Numbered from the stretch's first letter, positions 37,052-47,630 are shown. The stretch is DNA of 64,000 nucleotides from Patescibacteria group bacterium (GCA_013815345.1 JACDGK010000001.1:3076-67075); one strand, 5' to 3'. A program made the numbers and translations. Notes: generated by a model not told the origin, from the sequence alone.

Positions 37052-37813
37052 TTATTCATGAGTAGGAATACTCGTAAAGTTTTCGGCGGTAATAATCACA
37101 TGGTCAATAAGATCGATACCGAGAAGAGTTCCGGCTTCACTCAATTGGCGGGTAACCTCCCGATCGGCAGTACTCGGTTCACCATTTCCGGAAGGATGAT
37201 TGTGGACCAGAATGACTGCTGCAGCCGAATGAGCCAGGGCGGGTCGAAATACTTCACGCGGATGAACGATGTTTGCATCGATCGTACCGATGGATATCGT
37301 CTCGTCATGCACGAGTTGATAATGAGTATTAAGGTATAAGCCCCGCAAATGTTCTTTCGAAAGATTTCGCATATCGAGAGTATATTCGAAGACATCTTTA
37401 GCGGTACGTATGACTGGTGCCCCGTTCCTGCTTCTGCGAAAATACCGGCGACCGAGTTCTCCACACGCTACTATTTGTGCCGCTTTTCCTAGGGGAACGT
37501 CCAAATCTTCCGCGAGTGCTTTTGCATCAGTCGAAAGTAAAACACTTTGCTCACCATATTCTTGCATGATTCGGTTTGCCATGGTGAGAATTTCTTCTTT
37601 TTTAGTACCGGTGGTAAGAACAACTGCCAGCAATTCAGCGGTGGAGAGCACTCCGGGACCTTCAGCGAGAAGTCGTTCTCGTGGTTTTTTCTCGGTGGGT
37701 AAATCACGAACACGAAGTACGTATCGCTTTCCTAGCTTCTCCTCTCTCCCGGTGACTATGCCTGATTCGTCAAGAATCATGGGCGAGAGAATCATTTTGT
37801 AGAGTGTTTCCAT
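37052..37813 (-). CDS. radC: RadC-like JAB/MPN domain protein
   Basis: JAMM motif HNHPSG...D plus an N-terminal HhH-like region (RERLLAEGP). Confidence 0.8.
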   Translation of the reverse strand: METLYKMILSPMILDESGIVTGREEKLGKRYVLRVRDLPTEKKPRERLLAEGPGVLSTAELLAVVLTTGTKKEEILTMANRIMQEYGEQSVLLSTDAKALAEDLDVPLGKAAQIVACGELGRRYFRRSRNGAPVIRTAKDVFEYTLDMRNLSKEHLRGLYLNTHYQLVHDETISIGTIDANIVHPREVFRPALAHSAAAVILVHNHPSGNGEPSTADREVTRQLSEAGTLLGIDLIDHVIITAENFTSIPTHE

Positions 37814-37852
37814 AGGTTTCAGTATACACGGAAGATATTAGTAGTACGGACA

Positions 37853-38896
37853 TTATTTACAGCCTAACCGTTGGTTTGCAATGCAATACGTTGCCATAGT
37901 CCAATGACCATTCGTGATTATTCTACTTTTAATAATCCCGTTTCTCATGAGTGATGTGAGATAATCCGCCTGAAAACTCCGCACTGCCGTTTCTGTCATT
38001 TTTCCGAAATAAGTAGTTGTGCGATCTTGCTTCATAAAGCCGGCGCTCATCAGAAATGCTTGTATGACTTTTATTTGAGTACTTCGGGAACCGCGGACGA
38101 ACGTCCGTGAAAAATAAGGACAGAGCGGCGGATAGGTGATAGTAGGTTGATCTGCATTTATCTTCTGGGTGGTGCTTCCCACAGAGAACATGGTTTGTGT
38201 GTTGACTGGAGAATTCTTTGACATAAATGCATTGCCACTAGAATTACTGAAGCTGCTTCCTGCTCCTCCACTTCCCGAAAATGGGATACCCGGAATTGAA
38301 GGAGCGATTGAAACGATACTGGTTGAACTCTCTGACTGAGTGTCTACAGGAGCAACAGGCGTATTCGTCGCTTCGACAGACGTTGATGAAGATGAAACGA
38401 GTACAATGTTGTCGAAGTTGAAATTCGAAAGCGCCAATAAGGGTAGTTCAAATCCATATCTCATCACGGTGCTATGTGTTGAGGTCGCGGTTTGCTCCAG
38501 ATTTATCGTTACTTGAGTCCATTCGTTCGCAGGTACGGAAGGAAGAGGGTACGAATTCGTACTACTCCCGAGTGATTGAATATCAGAGAAAAGATCAAAA
38601 TGTATCTCACCTAAATCTACCAAGCGACTACTTCGTATCCAGAGACTGATACCGGTGTAATTCGACCAGTCGTGTGGGACATCGAAACCAAAATAGAGTG
38701 TTCCTACTCTGTCACCATTTGTGACACTCGCCTTTAAACTTCCGAGTCCTTGCACTTTTTGGATTGAGTCGGTGAAGAATGATATGAATGAGGGTGTATT
38801 CGTATTCCATGCCGTTGTCGAATCCAAAGAATCAAGAACTAAGACCGTCGTACTACCTTCATCTGCATGTACCGCTTGTGTCGGTATAAAGAACAC
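37853..38896 (-). CDS. Protein with a C-terminal peptidoglycan-binding (PG_binding_1-like) domain. The N-terminal signal peptide appears split by a frame break (ATG at 38943).
   Basis: GSRSTQIKVIQAFLMSAGF...YFGKMTETAVRSFQ matches the PG-binding domain. Main-frame translation starts only at GTG 38896, right after a TAG. An ATG at 38943 in the -1 frame encodes MSFTLRLFSAALFF. Confidence 0.6.
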   Translation of the reverse strand: MFFIPTQAVHADEGSTTVLVLDSLDSTTAWNTNTPSFISFFTDSIQKVQGLGSLKASVTNGDRVGTLYFGFDVPHDWSNYTGISLWIRSSRLVDLGEIHFDLFSDIQSLGSSTNSYPLPSVPANEWTQVTINLEQTATSTHSTVMRYGFELPLLALSNFNFDNIVLVSSSSTSVEATNTPVAPVDTQSESSTSIVSIAPSIPGIPFSGSGGAGSSFSNSSGNAFMSKNSPVNTQTMFSVGSTTQKINADQPTITYPPLCPYFSRTFVRGSRSTQIKVIQAFLMSAGFMKQDRTTTYFGKMTETAVRSFQADYLTSLMRNGIIKSRIITNGHWTMATYCIANQRLGCK

Positions 38897-39085
38897 ACCC
38901 TAAAGAACAAGGCTGCACTGAACAATCGTAACGTAAAGGACATAACGAAAAGAGTTAAGTCTTATAACCCCTTTCCCGCTGACTAGTATAAAAAGAATCA
39001 CCTCACCGACTTCTCAAGAAAATCTAAAATCTTTATGAAATTTATTACTGCGATTCGTTGCAGTCACTTTCACAACAGTAGGCGA

Positions 39086-39886
39086 CTATTTTTTCGGAAA
39101 CCAGGGCAAGAACACACTTGTTTTTGCTTTATACGCTTCCCAGGCAGGATTACCAGCAAAGTGCGTTTCGAGCATTGGCACGCCCGATACTTTTAGAAGC
39201 AAAAAGGTAATGAGTATGGGCCCAATAAACGGCAGAAGGGCGAGCAGAACGTTTCCGGTCACAAGAAGCGTACCGAAAGAGATAAGCGCAATGCCCCACC
39301 ACATGAGCGATTCTCCGTAGTAATTTGGATGACGTGTGTAGTGCCATAGTCCTTTATCCATAATTTTGCCTTTGTTTGCAGGATCACGCATAAATCGCGT
39401 AAGCTGCCAGTCTCCAACAGTCTCAAAAAAGAAGCCTTTTATCCAAATAAGGAGTCCGAGGAGTGCGATCAGATCGGGAATACTTCCAAGAACGATAGGA
39501 CCACTGTAGAGATTCACCAGTGACACCGGCAATACCACGAGAAAAATCACGAGTCCTTGCAGCATATATACCTGCAAAAAACTACGCAGGACGAACGTTT
39601 TCCCCCACTCTTCACGCCAGGTACGATAACGAAAATCCTCCGGTTTGCCGCGGTTACGCAAGTAGATGCGTATCGAGAGCCGCGCAGCCCAAATAGTCGC
39701 CAACCCCGTTACGAGGAAGCCGTGAAATGATTGAGTGCCGAGGATGTAGGTAACGCAAGCCACGAGGACAAATCCCCAGCCATAGGCAATGTCAGCCGTA
39801 CCATTGTCTTTACGAATTAAAGAAATGATAAAGGCGAAGCACATGTACAGAAAAAGACAGCTAAGTGCAATCAGTAGAGGTATCAT
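39086..39886 (-). CDS. DUF1295/ICMT-like polytopic membrane protein (steroid reductase/methyltransferase superfamily)
   Basis: RHPNYYGE motif and multiple TM helices. Confidence 0.7.
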   Translation of the reverse strand: MIPLLIALSCLFLYMCFAFIISLIRKDNGTADIAYGWGFVLVACVTYILGTQSFHGFLVTGLATIWAARLSIRIYLRNRGKPEDFRYRTWREEWGKTFVLRSFLQVYMLQGLVIFLVVLPVSLVNLYSGPIVLGSIPDLIALLGLLIWIKGFFFETVGDWQLTRFMRDPANKGKIMDKGLWHYTRHPNYYGESLMWWGIALISFGTLLVTGNVLLALLPFIGPILITFLLLKVSGVPMLETHFAGNPAWEAYKAKTSVFLPWFPKK

Positions 39887-40149
39887 GGCGTAAGTATAGC
39901 AGCGAAAAGCTGAAGCTTTTCGCTTCTGGTTAACTGCTTCAGCGCGTACTCTCTCCTTTGCGCTTCTTCTTTTGTTTTAAAATTTTCTGAATATTTCAGT
40001 ACGACGGGCCGTCGGGGCTTCGTATATTTAGCACCTTTCTTTGAACCATTATGCTCCTCGAGACGCCGCACAATGTCAGTCGTCCACCCCGCATAGAGCG
40101 TTCCGTCGGCGCATTCAAGCAAATAGGCGATATATACGACGTGTGCCAT
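39883..40149 (-). CDS. GIY-YIG nuclease superfamily protein (UPF0213-like)
   Basis: [31 protein letters not shown]...GAKYT matches the GIY-YIG core. It overlaps the DUF1295 gene by 4 nt. Confidence 0.75.
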   Translation of the reverse strand: MAHVVYIAYLLECADGTLYAGWTTDIVRRLEEHNGSKKGAKYTKPRRPVVLKYSENFKTKEEAQRREYALKQLTRSEKLQLFAAILTP

Positions 40150-40154
40150 CAGTG

Positions 40155-41606
40155 TTATTTCTCAAGATCAAGGATATCATCGATACGAATCTGGAAGACA
40201 AATTCTGGCACGTGACTCACGAGTAGCATTGTTCCCTCATACTCATCAAGAGCTTTTGCGATAAGCGGAAGATGTCGGAAATTAATATGGTTTGTCGGCT
40301 CATCAAAGATTAAAAGCCCTGGTTTCAGCAACACCAACTGCGCAAATGCCACTAATCCCTTTTGGCCCTCAGACAGACTGCCTATTTTGCTCTTGATGAC
40401 TTCTCCACTAATGAGAAACCCTGCCGCCACACTGCGCATATGGTGCTCATCTGGTTTCTTCATAACCGACTGCAGCGACTCGTATACGGTATCTTCAAAA
40501 TTCAATGTCGAAAAATCTTGGCGATAATAACCAACCGTTACTCCGGCAGCAATCTTTGCCCCTTCCGTCGTACCGGTTGCTATCGCTTCGAGTAAGGTGC
40601 TTTTCCCTATGCCATTGGGGCCTTTCAACAAAAGATGGGTATTCTTGCGGAGCTCAAGTGCTACTTTGTGAACTTTCGGTTTATGCGCTTTGAGGGTCGT
40701 AAAAGACGTAATCGCGAGTACCGTACCTCCCAGATCAACTTGCATAGGAATCGTGAAGGGTCGTATAGTGCGGTCTTCTTTACGCACGTCCACTTTTTCT
40801 TCCTCCATTTCCTCGGCTTCGGTACGCATACGCTTGGCAACCAAACGCATCTTCCCTCCTTTTTGTGCAAAAAAGTTTGCCTTGTCTTTATTTTCTTGAA
40901 TCTTCTTCTCCAGTTGGGCGTTCTTTCGGTTTTCTTTCTCGATACGCGCAGTTATCTCTTTCAGCACGTCCATATAGGTACCGGAATATTGTTCGATTTT
41001 CTTAGTGAAAACATCGAGATAGAGCACGCCGTCAGTAAAAGCATTCAAGAACTTCGCATCGTGAGAAATCACGATGCAGGTCTTTTTGTAATTGATGAGG
41101 AAATCGGTGAGGTGCTCGATACCTGCCTTGTCGAGATTGTTGGTCGGTTCATCGAGCAAAAGGAGGTCCGGGTCCTGGATGAGTGCCGAGGCAAGAAGCA
41201 GTCGGGCCTGTTGGCCTCCGGAAAATGACTTGATAATTCGATCATGTGGCGCCGCGAGATGCACAACCTCGAGAACGGCATCGATTTTTGGATCGATATC
41301 ATATATCTTTTTCGTAAAAGATTTCTCGAAGAATTCACGTACAGTGAGCTGAAGATGTTCTCGAGGAATAACCTGTGCGGACGTTGCGATGGTCGTTCCT
41401 GCCATAATCTGTACTTTTCCTGACTCGGGTTTTGTTGTCCGCGTAATCAAGCTGAACAACGTGCTTTTCCCAGCACCGTTCTGTCCCATAATCGCCACCT
41501 TGGTGTTGCGGCGCACGGAAAAATCTACCGATGTAAGAATCGGTTTGTTGGGGCCATACTCAAAGCTCACTTCCTCGAAGCGAAGCGTGGATTCATCACG
41601 TGACAT
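40155..41606 (-). CDS. ABC-F family ATPase (tandem ABC domains, no TMD; translation-factor type)
   Basis: Two Walker A motifs ([18 protein letters not shown]), two signature motifs ([18 protein letters not shown]) and two Walker B motifs. Confidence 0.85.
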   Translation of the reverse strand: MSRDESTLRFEEVSFEYGPNKPILTSVDFSVRRNTKVAIMGQNGAGKSTLFSLITRTTKPESGKVQIMAGTTIATSAQVIPREHLQLTVREFFEKSFTKKIYDIDPKIDAVLEVVHLAAPHDRIIKSFSGGQQARLLLASALIQDPDLLLLDEPTNNLDKAGIEHLTDFLINYKKTCIVISHDAKFLNAFTDGVLYLDVFTKKIEQYSGTYMDVLKEITARIEKENRKNAQLEKKIQENKDKANFFAQKGGKMRLVAKRMRTEAEEMEEEKVDVRKEDRTIRPFTIPMQVDLGGTVLAITSFTTLKAHKPKVHKVALELRKNTHLLLKGPNGIGKSTLLEAIATGTTEGAKIAAGVTVGYYRQDFSTLNFEDTVYESLQSVMKKPDEHHMRSVAAGFLISGEVIKSKIGSLSEGQKGLVAFAQLVLLKPGLLIFDEPTNHINFRHLPLIAKALDEYEGTMLLVSHVPEFVFQIRIDDILDLEK

Positions 41607-41635
41607 ATATAGAACCTACCGTACTTGCGGGTATA

Positions 41636-41672
41636 TGTAAAAAAGAGAGGTATACGCACTCTCACCTCTCTG
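41636..41672 (-). terminator. Rho-independent terminator (AGAGAGGT-loop-ACCTCTCT, T-run on the minus strand)
   Basis: 8-bp stem. The minus-strand reading is followed by TTTTTTACA, downstream of the IPT/TIG gene. Confidence 0.5.
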
Positions 41673-41674
41673 GT

Positions 41675-42202
41675 TTAAAATTCACTTACCGTAAAGGAGG
41701 TTGCCTTACTTGCCGCATAACCGTTACTCACTGAAACGGGATATGAACCTGGAGTTATGCGGGTTGCAGAAACACCGATGCAGTGATTCAACGAGTCACA
41801 AAGGAGACCACTCGGACCACTTGCTGGCACGGTAAAGGTAACGGTTATGCCATCAGGAGAAGGAACTGTTGCTATTACGTTGTCCGGAGTACCGTCCGGA
41901 CGATGTCGCCCGTTTGACGTCCCGAAGAATAGATAGTTTCGCACACGGTCGAAACCGGTTCCGATGATTGTGACCGACGATCCAACACTTGCCGTGGCGG
42001 GAGTGAATTTAGTAACGGTTGGCGTTACCTTTGGCGCTACTGGTTGAGGTGCCGGGCTCGCCGTCGTATTTGCGGGTGCTGTTGTCTTCGCATTTCCTGT
42101 TGACACATTCGATCCCGTTGACGTTGCGGTAGTCGATGCAACGAGACCAGGAAAGAGATTGTTCGTATCACTGCTAAGGAACTTCGAGCCCAGAGCAATC
42201 AC
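41675..42202 (-). CDS. Secreted IPT/TIG-domain protein. The listed ORF starts at GTG. An upstream ATG at 42248 sits one frame off across an A5 run and would add a signal peptide.
   Basis: IPT/TIG-like FTPATASVGSSVTIIGTGF. An in-frame upstream HEKPLYPLGIAIVVVLVIALGS hydrophobic segment has no in-frame ATG. ATG AAA AAC... is +1 relative to it. Confidence 0.5.
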   Translation of the reverse strand: MIALGSKFLSSDTNNLFPGLVASTTATSTGSNVSTGNAKTTAPANTTASPAPQPVAPKVTPTVTKFTPATASVGSSVTIIGTGFDRVRNYLFFGTSNGRHRPDGTPDNVIATVPSPDGITVTFTVPASGPSGLLCDSLNHCIGVSATRITPGSYPVSVSNGYAASKATSFTVSEF

Positions 42203-42293
42203 GAGAACAACGACGATAGCAATGCCTAAAGGATATAGAGGTTTTTCATGGTGAAATTATATCATTCAATATTTTTCGAAAAGGCACTCTCCA

Positions 42294-43592
42294 CTAGTGA
42301 GGAAGAATGGTCGTATACAGGAGTGCAGCGCCGGAAAGACCCATCACGCCGAATGTTAGCCATACGAACGTTTGCGAAAGCATACCGCCCTTTTTATCGC
42401 CCAAGATCTTCACGTTCCCATTAATTTTCGCAATGAGAAAAAGAAGCGGCACAGCGGCAATACCATTGAATACTGCTGTAAAGACGAGCGCTTTGATCGG
42501 ATTGATACCAATGAAGTTGAGCAGGAGTCCTACGAGCGTCGAAAAAATAATGACACCATAAAAAGCCTTCGCTTCACTAAATTTTTTCGAGAGACCTTCT
42601 TTCCATTTAAATGCTTCAGATAGCGCATAAGCAGCGGAGCCCGCGAGCACGGGTATTCCCAACAGACCGAGTCCAACGATTCCTACTGCAAAGATATATT
42701 TAGAGATAAGCCCTGCATCTGGAAAAGACTGCACGAGAGGCTCGATCGCTTTCGCGGCGTCTGCAGCTGTCGCAATGGTGGTCACCCCATGACTAAAGAG
42801 CACCGTTGCGGTCGTAATGATGATGAACCATTGAGCGACTTCTGCTGCAAGCATACCGATCGTAGTATCAATACGGACATCCTTCAGATAATTACGAGGG
42901 AGAATCGGTTTTCCTTTTTTATTTACAGCAACTCCATCAGCGATCTCTTGTTCAACTTCTTGAGAAGCCTGCCAGAAAAACATGTAGGGTGAAATAGAGG
43001 TGCCAAAGACACCCGTAATGATAAAAAGAAAGGCGAAGGTGAATTCTATATGGGGAACGAACGTGGCGTACAGTATCTGCGACCATGGCTCATGAATGAT
43101 AAGTGCCGTCACCGGGTATGAAAGGAGCGCGAGCGCGAGCCATTTTAAAACCTGTGTGTAGTGCTTATAACTTACAAGAACTTCCAGAAGAACCACGACG
43201 AGTGCGGTGAGTACTGCAAGAAACCAGAATGGTACGTTTATCACGAGTCGACTCGCGGCCGCGACGGCGCCGATATCGGCGCCGATATTTATTGTATTTG
43301 CGACCACCACCAAAAAAACCATCGCAAAAAGAATCTTTCGGCTATAGTATTTTTTTATAACCCCCGCAAGACCCTGGCCGGTCACGGCGCCAATGCGCGC
43401 GCAGGCTTCTTGCACTGCAAGAAGCAGCGGTATCTGGTAGAGCGCCGTCCAGAGCATGCCATAGCCAAACTGTGCCCCCGTTTGCGAGTATGTGGCGATA
43501 CCTGAAGGATCATCATCTGCTGCGCCGGTAATAAGTCCTGGCCCGAGAATCTTCAGAAAACGTTTGAGTGGCGAGGGCTTTTTTTCTTCCAT
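42294..43592 (-). CDS. mntH: Nramp-family divalent metal (Mn2+/Fe2+) transporter
   Basis: GPGLITGAADDDPSGIATYSQTGAQFGY consensus and about 11 TM helices. Confidence 0.85.
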   Translation of the reverse strand: MEEKKPSPLKRFLKILGPGLITGAADDDPSGIATYSQTGAQFGYGMLWTALYQIPLLLAVQEACARIGAVTGQGLAGVIKKYYSRKILFAMVFLVVVANTINIGADIGAVAAASRLVINVPFWFLAVLTALVVVLLEVLVSYKHYTQVLKWLALALLSYPVTALIIHEPWSQILYATFVPHIEFTFAFLFIITGVFGTSISPYMFFWQASQEVEQEIADGVAVNKKGKPILPRNYLKDVRIDTTIGMLAAEVAQWFIIITTATVLFSHGVTTIATAADAAKAIEPLVQSFPDAGLISKYIFAVGIVGLGLLGIPVLAGSAAYALSEAFKWKEGLSKKFSEAKAFYGVIIFSTLVGLLLNFIGINPIKALVFTAVFNGIAAVPLLFLIAKINGNVKILGDKKGGMLSQTFVWLTFGVMGLSGAALLYTTILPH

Positions 43593-43607
43593 ATAACGTG
43601 CCGAGAA

Positions 43608-44129
43608 TTATGGCTGGCTTTCTTTCTGAAGTGCTTCATGTTTCAGATTTTCCGCTTTCCAACCAATCATGTTTGCCACAATCTGAACAAACGACGACAC
43701 TCCGGCCACCGCAAGAAAGAGAATGATGAACCAACTCCACGTAAATTCAAAGTAAGAAAAAGTCACAATGAGTGCCGACCACATACCGATGCACCAGGGA
43801 CAATTTACTAATTCATGCAGTGTCCCACGAAGTCCATGAGTATAAGGGATAATTTCAACCCAACTCTTTCCTTCTCGGCTAACTTCTTTTTTCTGTACAA
43901 ACCACTCACGAAAGAACCGAGTTACTTTGTCATACACGACAAGACGGGTGATACGAAACGAAGCTAAAATAAGCAGTAATACGTCGAAGAATGAAATCGA
44001 ACTCGGCAAGCGTTCGCGGGTAATGTAAAGAAATGCAAGAGAACAAAAAAGCACGAGGACGAAAAAAATAGAAAAAACAAAATTCCAGAAATTTTGGTCT
44101 TCTTTCGGACGCGAGCGGGTTGGTGTCAT
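43608..44129 (-). CDS. DUF1360-like membrane protein
   Basis: CPWCIGMW motif within TM helices. Confidence 0.55.
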   Translation of the reverse strand: MTPTRSRPKEDQNFWNFVFSIFFVLVLFCSLAFLYITRERLPSSISFFDVLLLILASFRITRLVVYDKVTRFFREWFVQKKEVSREGKSWVEIIPYTHGLRGTLHELVNCPWCIGMWSALIVTFSYFEFTWSWFIILFLAVAGVSSFVQIVANMIGWKAENLKHEALQKESQP

Positions 44130-44138
44130 AGATACGAA

Positions 44139-44423
44139 TTATATATTTGGGAAGATTCTCTTTCTTTTGGTCGTATAGTACCACCATGGTCGTGCCGAGG
44201 CACCATTCATAAAGTCGACCGCTGCCATAAAAGTATCGAGTACGCACGGGTCCTGCCGTACATGGGTCATGGTGCAAAGTTTCTTATATAACGTCAGTGG
44301 ATCTTTCTCGGTGAGCTCTTGCGAATTTTTAAGACCAAGCCGTTTAAAATCATTGGCCATGCTTGGCCCGATGTTAGGGATATCAACAAATCGAGCAACG
44401 TCTTTTGCCTTCGCTGCTTTCAT
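44139..44423 (-). CDS. Small helix-hairpin-helix protein (TfoX-C/Cdd1-like)
   Basis: FVDIPNIGPSMANDFKRLGL HhH-like motif. The 3' end abuts the next gene. Confidence 0.45.
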   Translation of the reverse strand: MKAAKAKDVARFVDIPNIGPSMANDFKRLGLKNSQELTEKDPLTLYKKLCTMTHVRQDPCVLDTFMAAVDFMNGASARPWWYYTTKRKRIFPNI

Positions 44424-45035
44424 TTATTGAAGTGGATGTTCCTTGAGCAGTTGCGCATACGAAACGAGGTTTTTCGCTGTCATCTGCGCCATTTTATCGA
44501 CCGCGGGATTTTTGCGACGTCTTTCGCTGTCGGTCTTTGGATCCATCCCGACTTCCCCCACCCAATATGTACAGCACTGCGGCGGCATAGTGAAGTTCAA
44601 AAATGACAATACCTCCATAATCGAAGCCATGACCGCCTGTGCGCCGTCTTCGCTTCCTGTAATGACAATACCGGCCACTTTATTTGTGATCGCAGGATGA
44701 CCAGCGCTCGCTTCTTCATCAAATGCATCCATGCGTTCGATGATACGTTGCATGAGACTCGAGCGGCCTCCCCACCATATTGGTGTCGCAAAAATAACCA
44801 CGTCAGAGGCCTTAATGTGCTCAGCAATACTCGGCCACTCGTCGTCCTCGCTTTCCCTATATTTGAGTCCGACGGGGATGTTTTTGTCTGACAACCGAAC
44901 CTGTGTGATGTGTATCTCACCGTGCTCTTTCATGTGGTCAAGGACGAGATTGGTAACCTCTTCGGTGCTTGATACTTCCGGACCATGTTTGAGAGAAGCA
45001 TTGAGCACAAGCACATTCAAGGGTTCCGTATCCAT
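44424..45035 (-). CDS. Flavodoxin-like NAD(P)H-dependent FMN reductase
   Basis: LVLNASLKHG..., VVIFATPIWWGG and GSEDG match the FMN_red/flavodoxin_2 fold. Confidence 0.7.
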   Translation of the reverse strand: MDTEPLNVLVLNASLKHGPEVSSTEEVTNLVLDHMKEHGEIHITQVRLSDKNIPVGLKYRESEDDEWPSIAEHIKASDVVIFATPIWWGGRSSLMQRIIERMDAFDEEASAGHPAITNKVAGIVITGSEDGAQAVMASIMEVLSFLNFTMPPQCCTYWVGEVGMDPKTDSERRRKNPAVDKMAQMTAKNLVSYAQLLKEHPLQ

Positions 45036-45045
45036 ACGTACTGAT

Positions 45046-46182
45046 TTATTGATATTGAATAAACAGTGGCTGCGGCGATAATTTCAAGACCTCAGCAGGA
45101 GTGAGCATTCGAGTGCTTGGCGGCTTCAGATCGTTCACATAAAACAGCTTGAATCCCGCAAACTGAATCGGTTCATTATGTACGAATTGGGTAAACGTAT
45201 TTATTTTTTTTGCCGGTGATCCCCACCCATCCATATCCATGACAATCTGCACTTCCGGCAACGGGTTTATATTCTGATATCCCGTAACCATATGTTCGGT
45301 GAAGCGATGGACCACGAGAATTTTCGGAGGAAGATTATTTTCCTGCACGAGTTTTGCAAGATAATTCGCAGCAAAGTTTATATCACTAGAGCTCATGGTA
45401 CCGATAACAGTGCCAGGCTTCGCTCCCGTCTTCATATCAAATTCCGGATCAAGAGCAAGCTCCACATTTGGCAGCTTCAAATACGGCTCGAGTAACGGCA
45501 CTTCGGTCTGTACAGAGCTGAGTCCTACCTGAATATCAAGAATAACGATGCCGTGCACCTGTGCGGCAAGATCAAGTGCTTCTTGAATCTGACTTGCGGG
45601 CATACGGAATCGATATTTTCCATCTGCACCCGGACTTCCCTGCGCGGTGATGGCGATATAGTCGATTGCAGGAATGACCGGTGTACTTGGATCGGCTGCT
45701 TGCCATTTTGCTGCCGCTGCTTGCAGCATAGGAATCATTTGTGCCGGAGGATATTTACCGAGCACCCCCATTTTAGTTGAGTAAAAGTTTCCATAGTATG
45801 CGACGATACGGTGAAATGGCAAAAGTGCGCCGGCGAGCGGATATGGCGCTTTTGTAGGCCACAGTCGTGCAGTGGTAGAAGAAGTTGTCGAAGCATAGTT
45901 TGCGAGCGAAAGCATTTTCGCATCGTAGGCAACAGTATCAAGGGGCATGACCACGGGTACGGTGGCCGTCGTGCCTTCCGTAGGAGTAGTGCTCGCGGTC
46001 GCTGACTTCGCTTGAAAATCAGCACGACTGTACTGAACGGAAAAAATATTAGAAAAACTAAGGGTGCCGAGAAGAATCAGGTATACGCTAAACGCGCAGG
46101 CACCGCTCACGAAGAGCGAACGCTGCTGGTCGTTATCTTGTTTTTTCGATGGATGCTTTGTGGAATTTTTTGACATGAACAT
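45046..46182 (-). CDS. Membrane-anchored extracellular protein (putative glycoside-hydrolase-like TIM barrel, DUF4015-like)
   Basis: Lys-rich cytoplasmic N-terminus, one TM helix and a Thr-rich linker. Functional assignment is weak. Confidence 0.45.
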   Translation of the reverse strand: MFMSKNSTKHPSKKQDNDQQRSLFVSGACAFSVYLILLGTLSFSNIFSVQYSRADFQAKSATASTTPTEGTTATVPVVMPLDTVAYDAKMLSLANYASTTSSTTARLWPTKAPYPLAGALLPFHRIVAYYGNFYSTKMGVLGKYPPAQMIPMLQAAAAKWQAADPSTPVIPAIDYIAITAQGSPGADGKYRFRMPASQIQEALDLAAQVHGIVILDIQVGLSSVQTEVPLLEPYLKLPNVELALDPEFDMKTGAKPGTVIGTMSSSDINFAANYLAKLVQENNLPPKILVVHRFTEHMVTGYQNINPLPEVQIVMDMDGWGSPAKKINTFTQFVHNEPIQFAGFKLFYVNDLKPPSTRMLTPAEVLKLSPQPLFIQYQ

Positions 46183-46235
46183 TCCTCGCTCCGAGGTACA
46201 GTCAAGTCTACCACAAGGGTAGAAGGAGATAGCAA

Positions 46236-46264
46236 AAAGCACCTATGTAGGTGCTTTTTGCTAT
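46236..46264 (-). terminator. Terminator hairpin AAAAAGCACCT-ATGT-AGGTGCTTTTT
   Basis: Palindrome with flanking A/T runs downstream of the 46289..47164 gene. Confidence 0.45.
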
Positions 46265-46288
46265 CTCCGAAGCTAGGGCGACTCTTAA

Positions 46289-47164
46289 TTAGCGAGCCTT
46301 AACAGAAGCGGTAGATGAAGCAGTAATTCCAAAGCTTTTTAGCCCATTGACGATTGTTTGTGCGTCTGCACGTGCGGCCTTAAGGTCGGTCTCTGCAGCT
46401 GCAGTATCAGCACGCCCTTTTTCAAGTGCCGCTTTGTTAGAAGCGATCACCGTTGCGTTTCCTTGGTCAGGAACGAGGCCCGAAACACCCGCGGTTACCG
46501 CGGCAGAATGGATTCCTGCAGAAGTTACTTTGGCGTTCATGTCACTAAGCGCTGCTTGCAGCGCGACGACGTTATGTCCGGCATTTCCTGCAGCGGTTAT
46601 ACGCGTTTGAAGTGCGGTGCTCAGATTGTTCATCATGCCGTCGATGGTCACGACGCGATCAGCAGCCGCAAGTTCATATCCTTTAGGAATGACAACTAGG
46701 TAAACACGGAATGAGCCGAATATAGATTTGTAGTCGGTCGCAAGAATCGATGCGTCGGTTTCTCCATCAATTTTTGTCTTGAGAGCAGTCAAGCCATTGA
46801 TGTTAGTGGTGACGTTTGCTTGAAACCCTGCTATCTGGGTTGCGGAGAGATGCTGGAGAGTTGCAAAACGTGCGGAGACTGACTGAAGAGAGGTGAGACG
46901 TTGATTGATTGCCGCATCACTTCTCAGTTTAATATCAGCAGGACGTGTCGTGCTGCTTACCGTAACAGCATTGACGTTCATATTGGCATGTATGCCATTT
47001 CCCGTGTTCGCCTCAATGTGAACGGCATTCAAGATATTACTTGAAGTGTGAGTTGAAATGTCGATGTTTTGTGCATGCGCATTTGCAGAGAGTCCAAAGA
47101 ATGCGACCAGCGCTACAAGTGACAGTGCTGAGGTTTTAAAGTGTGTATGTATCATGAATGTTTT
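46289..47164 (-). CDS. Secreted Ala/Thr/Asn-rich protein (signal peptide MKTFMIHTHFKTSALSLVALVAFFGLSANAHA)
   Basis: Clear Sec signal with AHA cleavage site. No enzymatic motif. Confidence 0.5.
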   Translation of the reverse strand, partial: KTFMIHTHFKTSALSLVALVAFFGLSANAHAQNIDISTHTSSNILNAVHIEANTGNGIHANMNVNAVTVSSTTRPADIKLRSDAAINQRLTSLQSVSARFATLQHLSATQIAGFQANVTTNINGLTALKTKIDGETDASILATDYKSIFGSFRVYLVVIPKGYELAAADRVVTIDGMMNNLSTALQTRITAAGNAGHNVVALQAALSDMNAKVTSAGIHSAAVTAGVSGLVPDQGNATVIASNKAALEKGRADTAAAETDLKAARADAQTIVNGLKSFGITASSTASVKAR

Positions 47165-47211
47165 CATTAGTTGATAACCTGTACGTATATAACGTACGAA
47201 GAGCTCCATTC

Positions 47212-47538
47212 TTACTGACTCTCTATGGCGCTATTTGCACTCGTTGAATCAGATTTAAGTCCACCCATTTGTGCATCGATGTTAGCGAGGTCTTGCTGAA
47301 GAGCTGCATCTGAAGTGTTCGTTGCAGAAACATTCGTATTGCCGCCTCCTTGAGAAACGGAAGCGTTTTGCGCCGCCTGTGTGCGAGTTGCGTTCTGAAC
47401 CGCTGCCTCATTCTGATCTGAAGAAAAAGTAGTAGAGGAAAGCACCGAGCCAGACTGCATCCCAAAGTACCACCACGAACCAGCTCCTAGTACTACCACG
47501 CCGAATACCACCAGCAATATCTTTAGGTTTTGTGTCAT
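47212..47538 (-). CDS. Small membrane-anchored Ser/Thr/Gln/Ala-rich protein
   Basis: N-terminal TM helix and a low-complexity ectodomain. The stop is 3 nt from the next gene start, so it is likely co-transcribed. Confidence 0.45.
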   Translation of the reverse strand: MTQNLKILLVVFGVVVLGAGSWWYFGMQSGSVLSSTTFSSDQNEAAVQNATRTQAAQNASVSQGGGNTNVSATNTSDAALQQDLANIDAQMGGLKSDSTSANSAIESQ

Positions 47539-47630
47539 GTGTTAATTAAAATAAGCACTAGTAATCTCTCAGAGAGAGTATAGAACATAAAAGTATGACG
47601 TTTGAGTCGGGTGTTGATTACCAATCCTCG

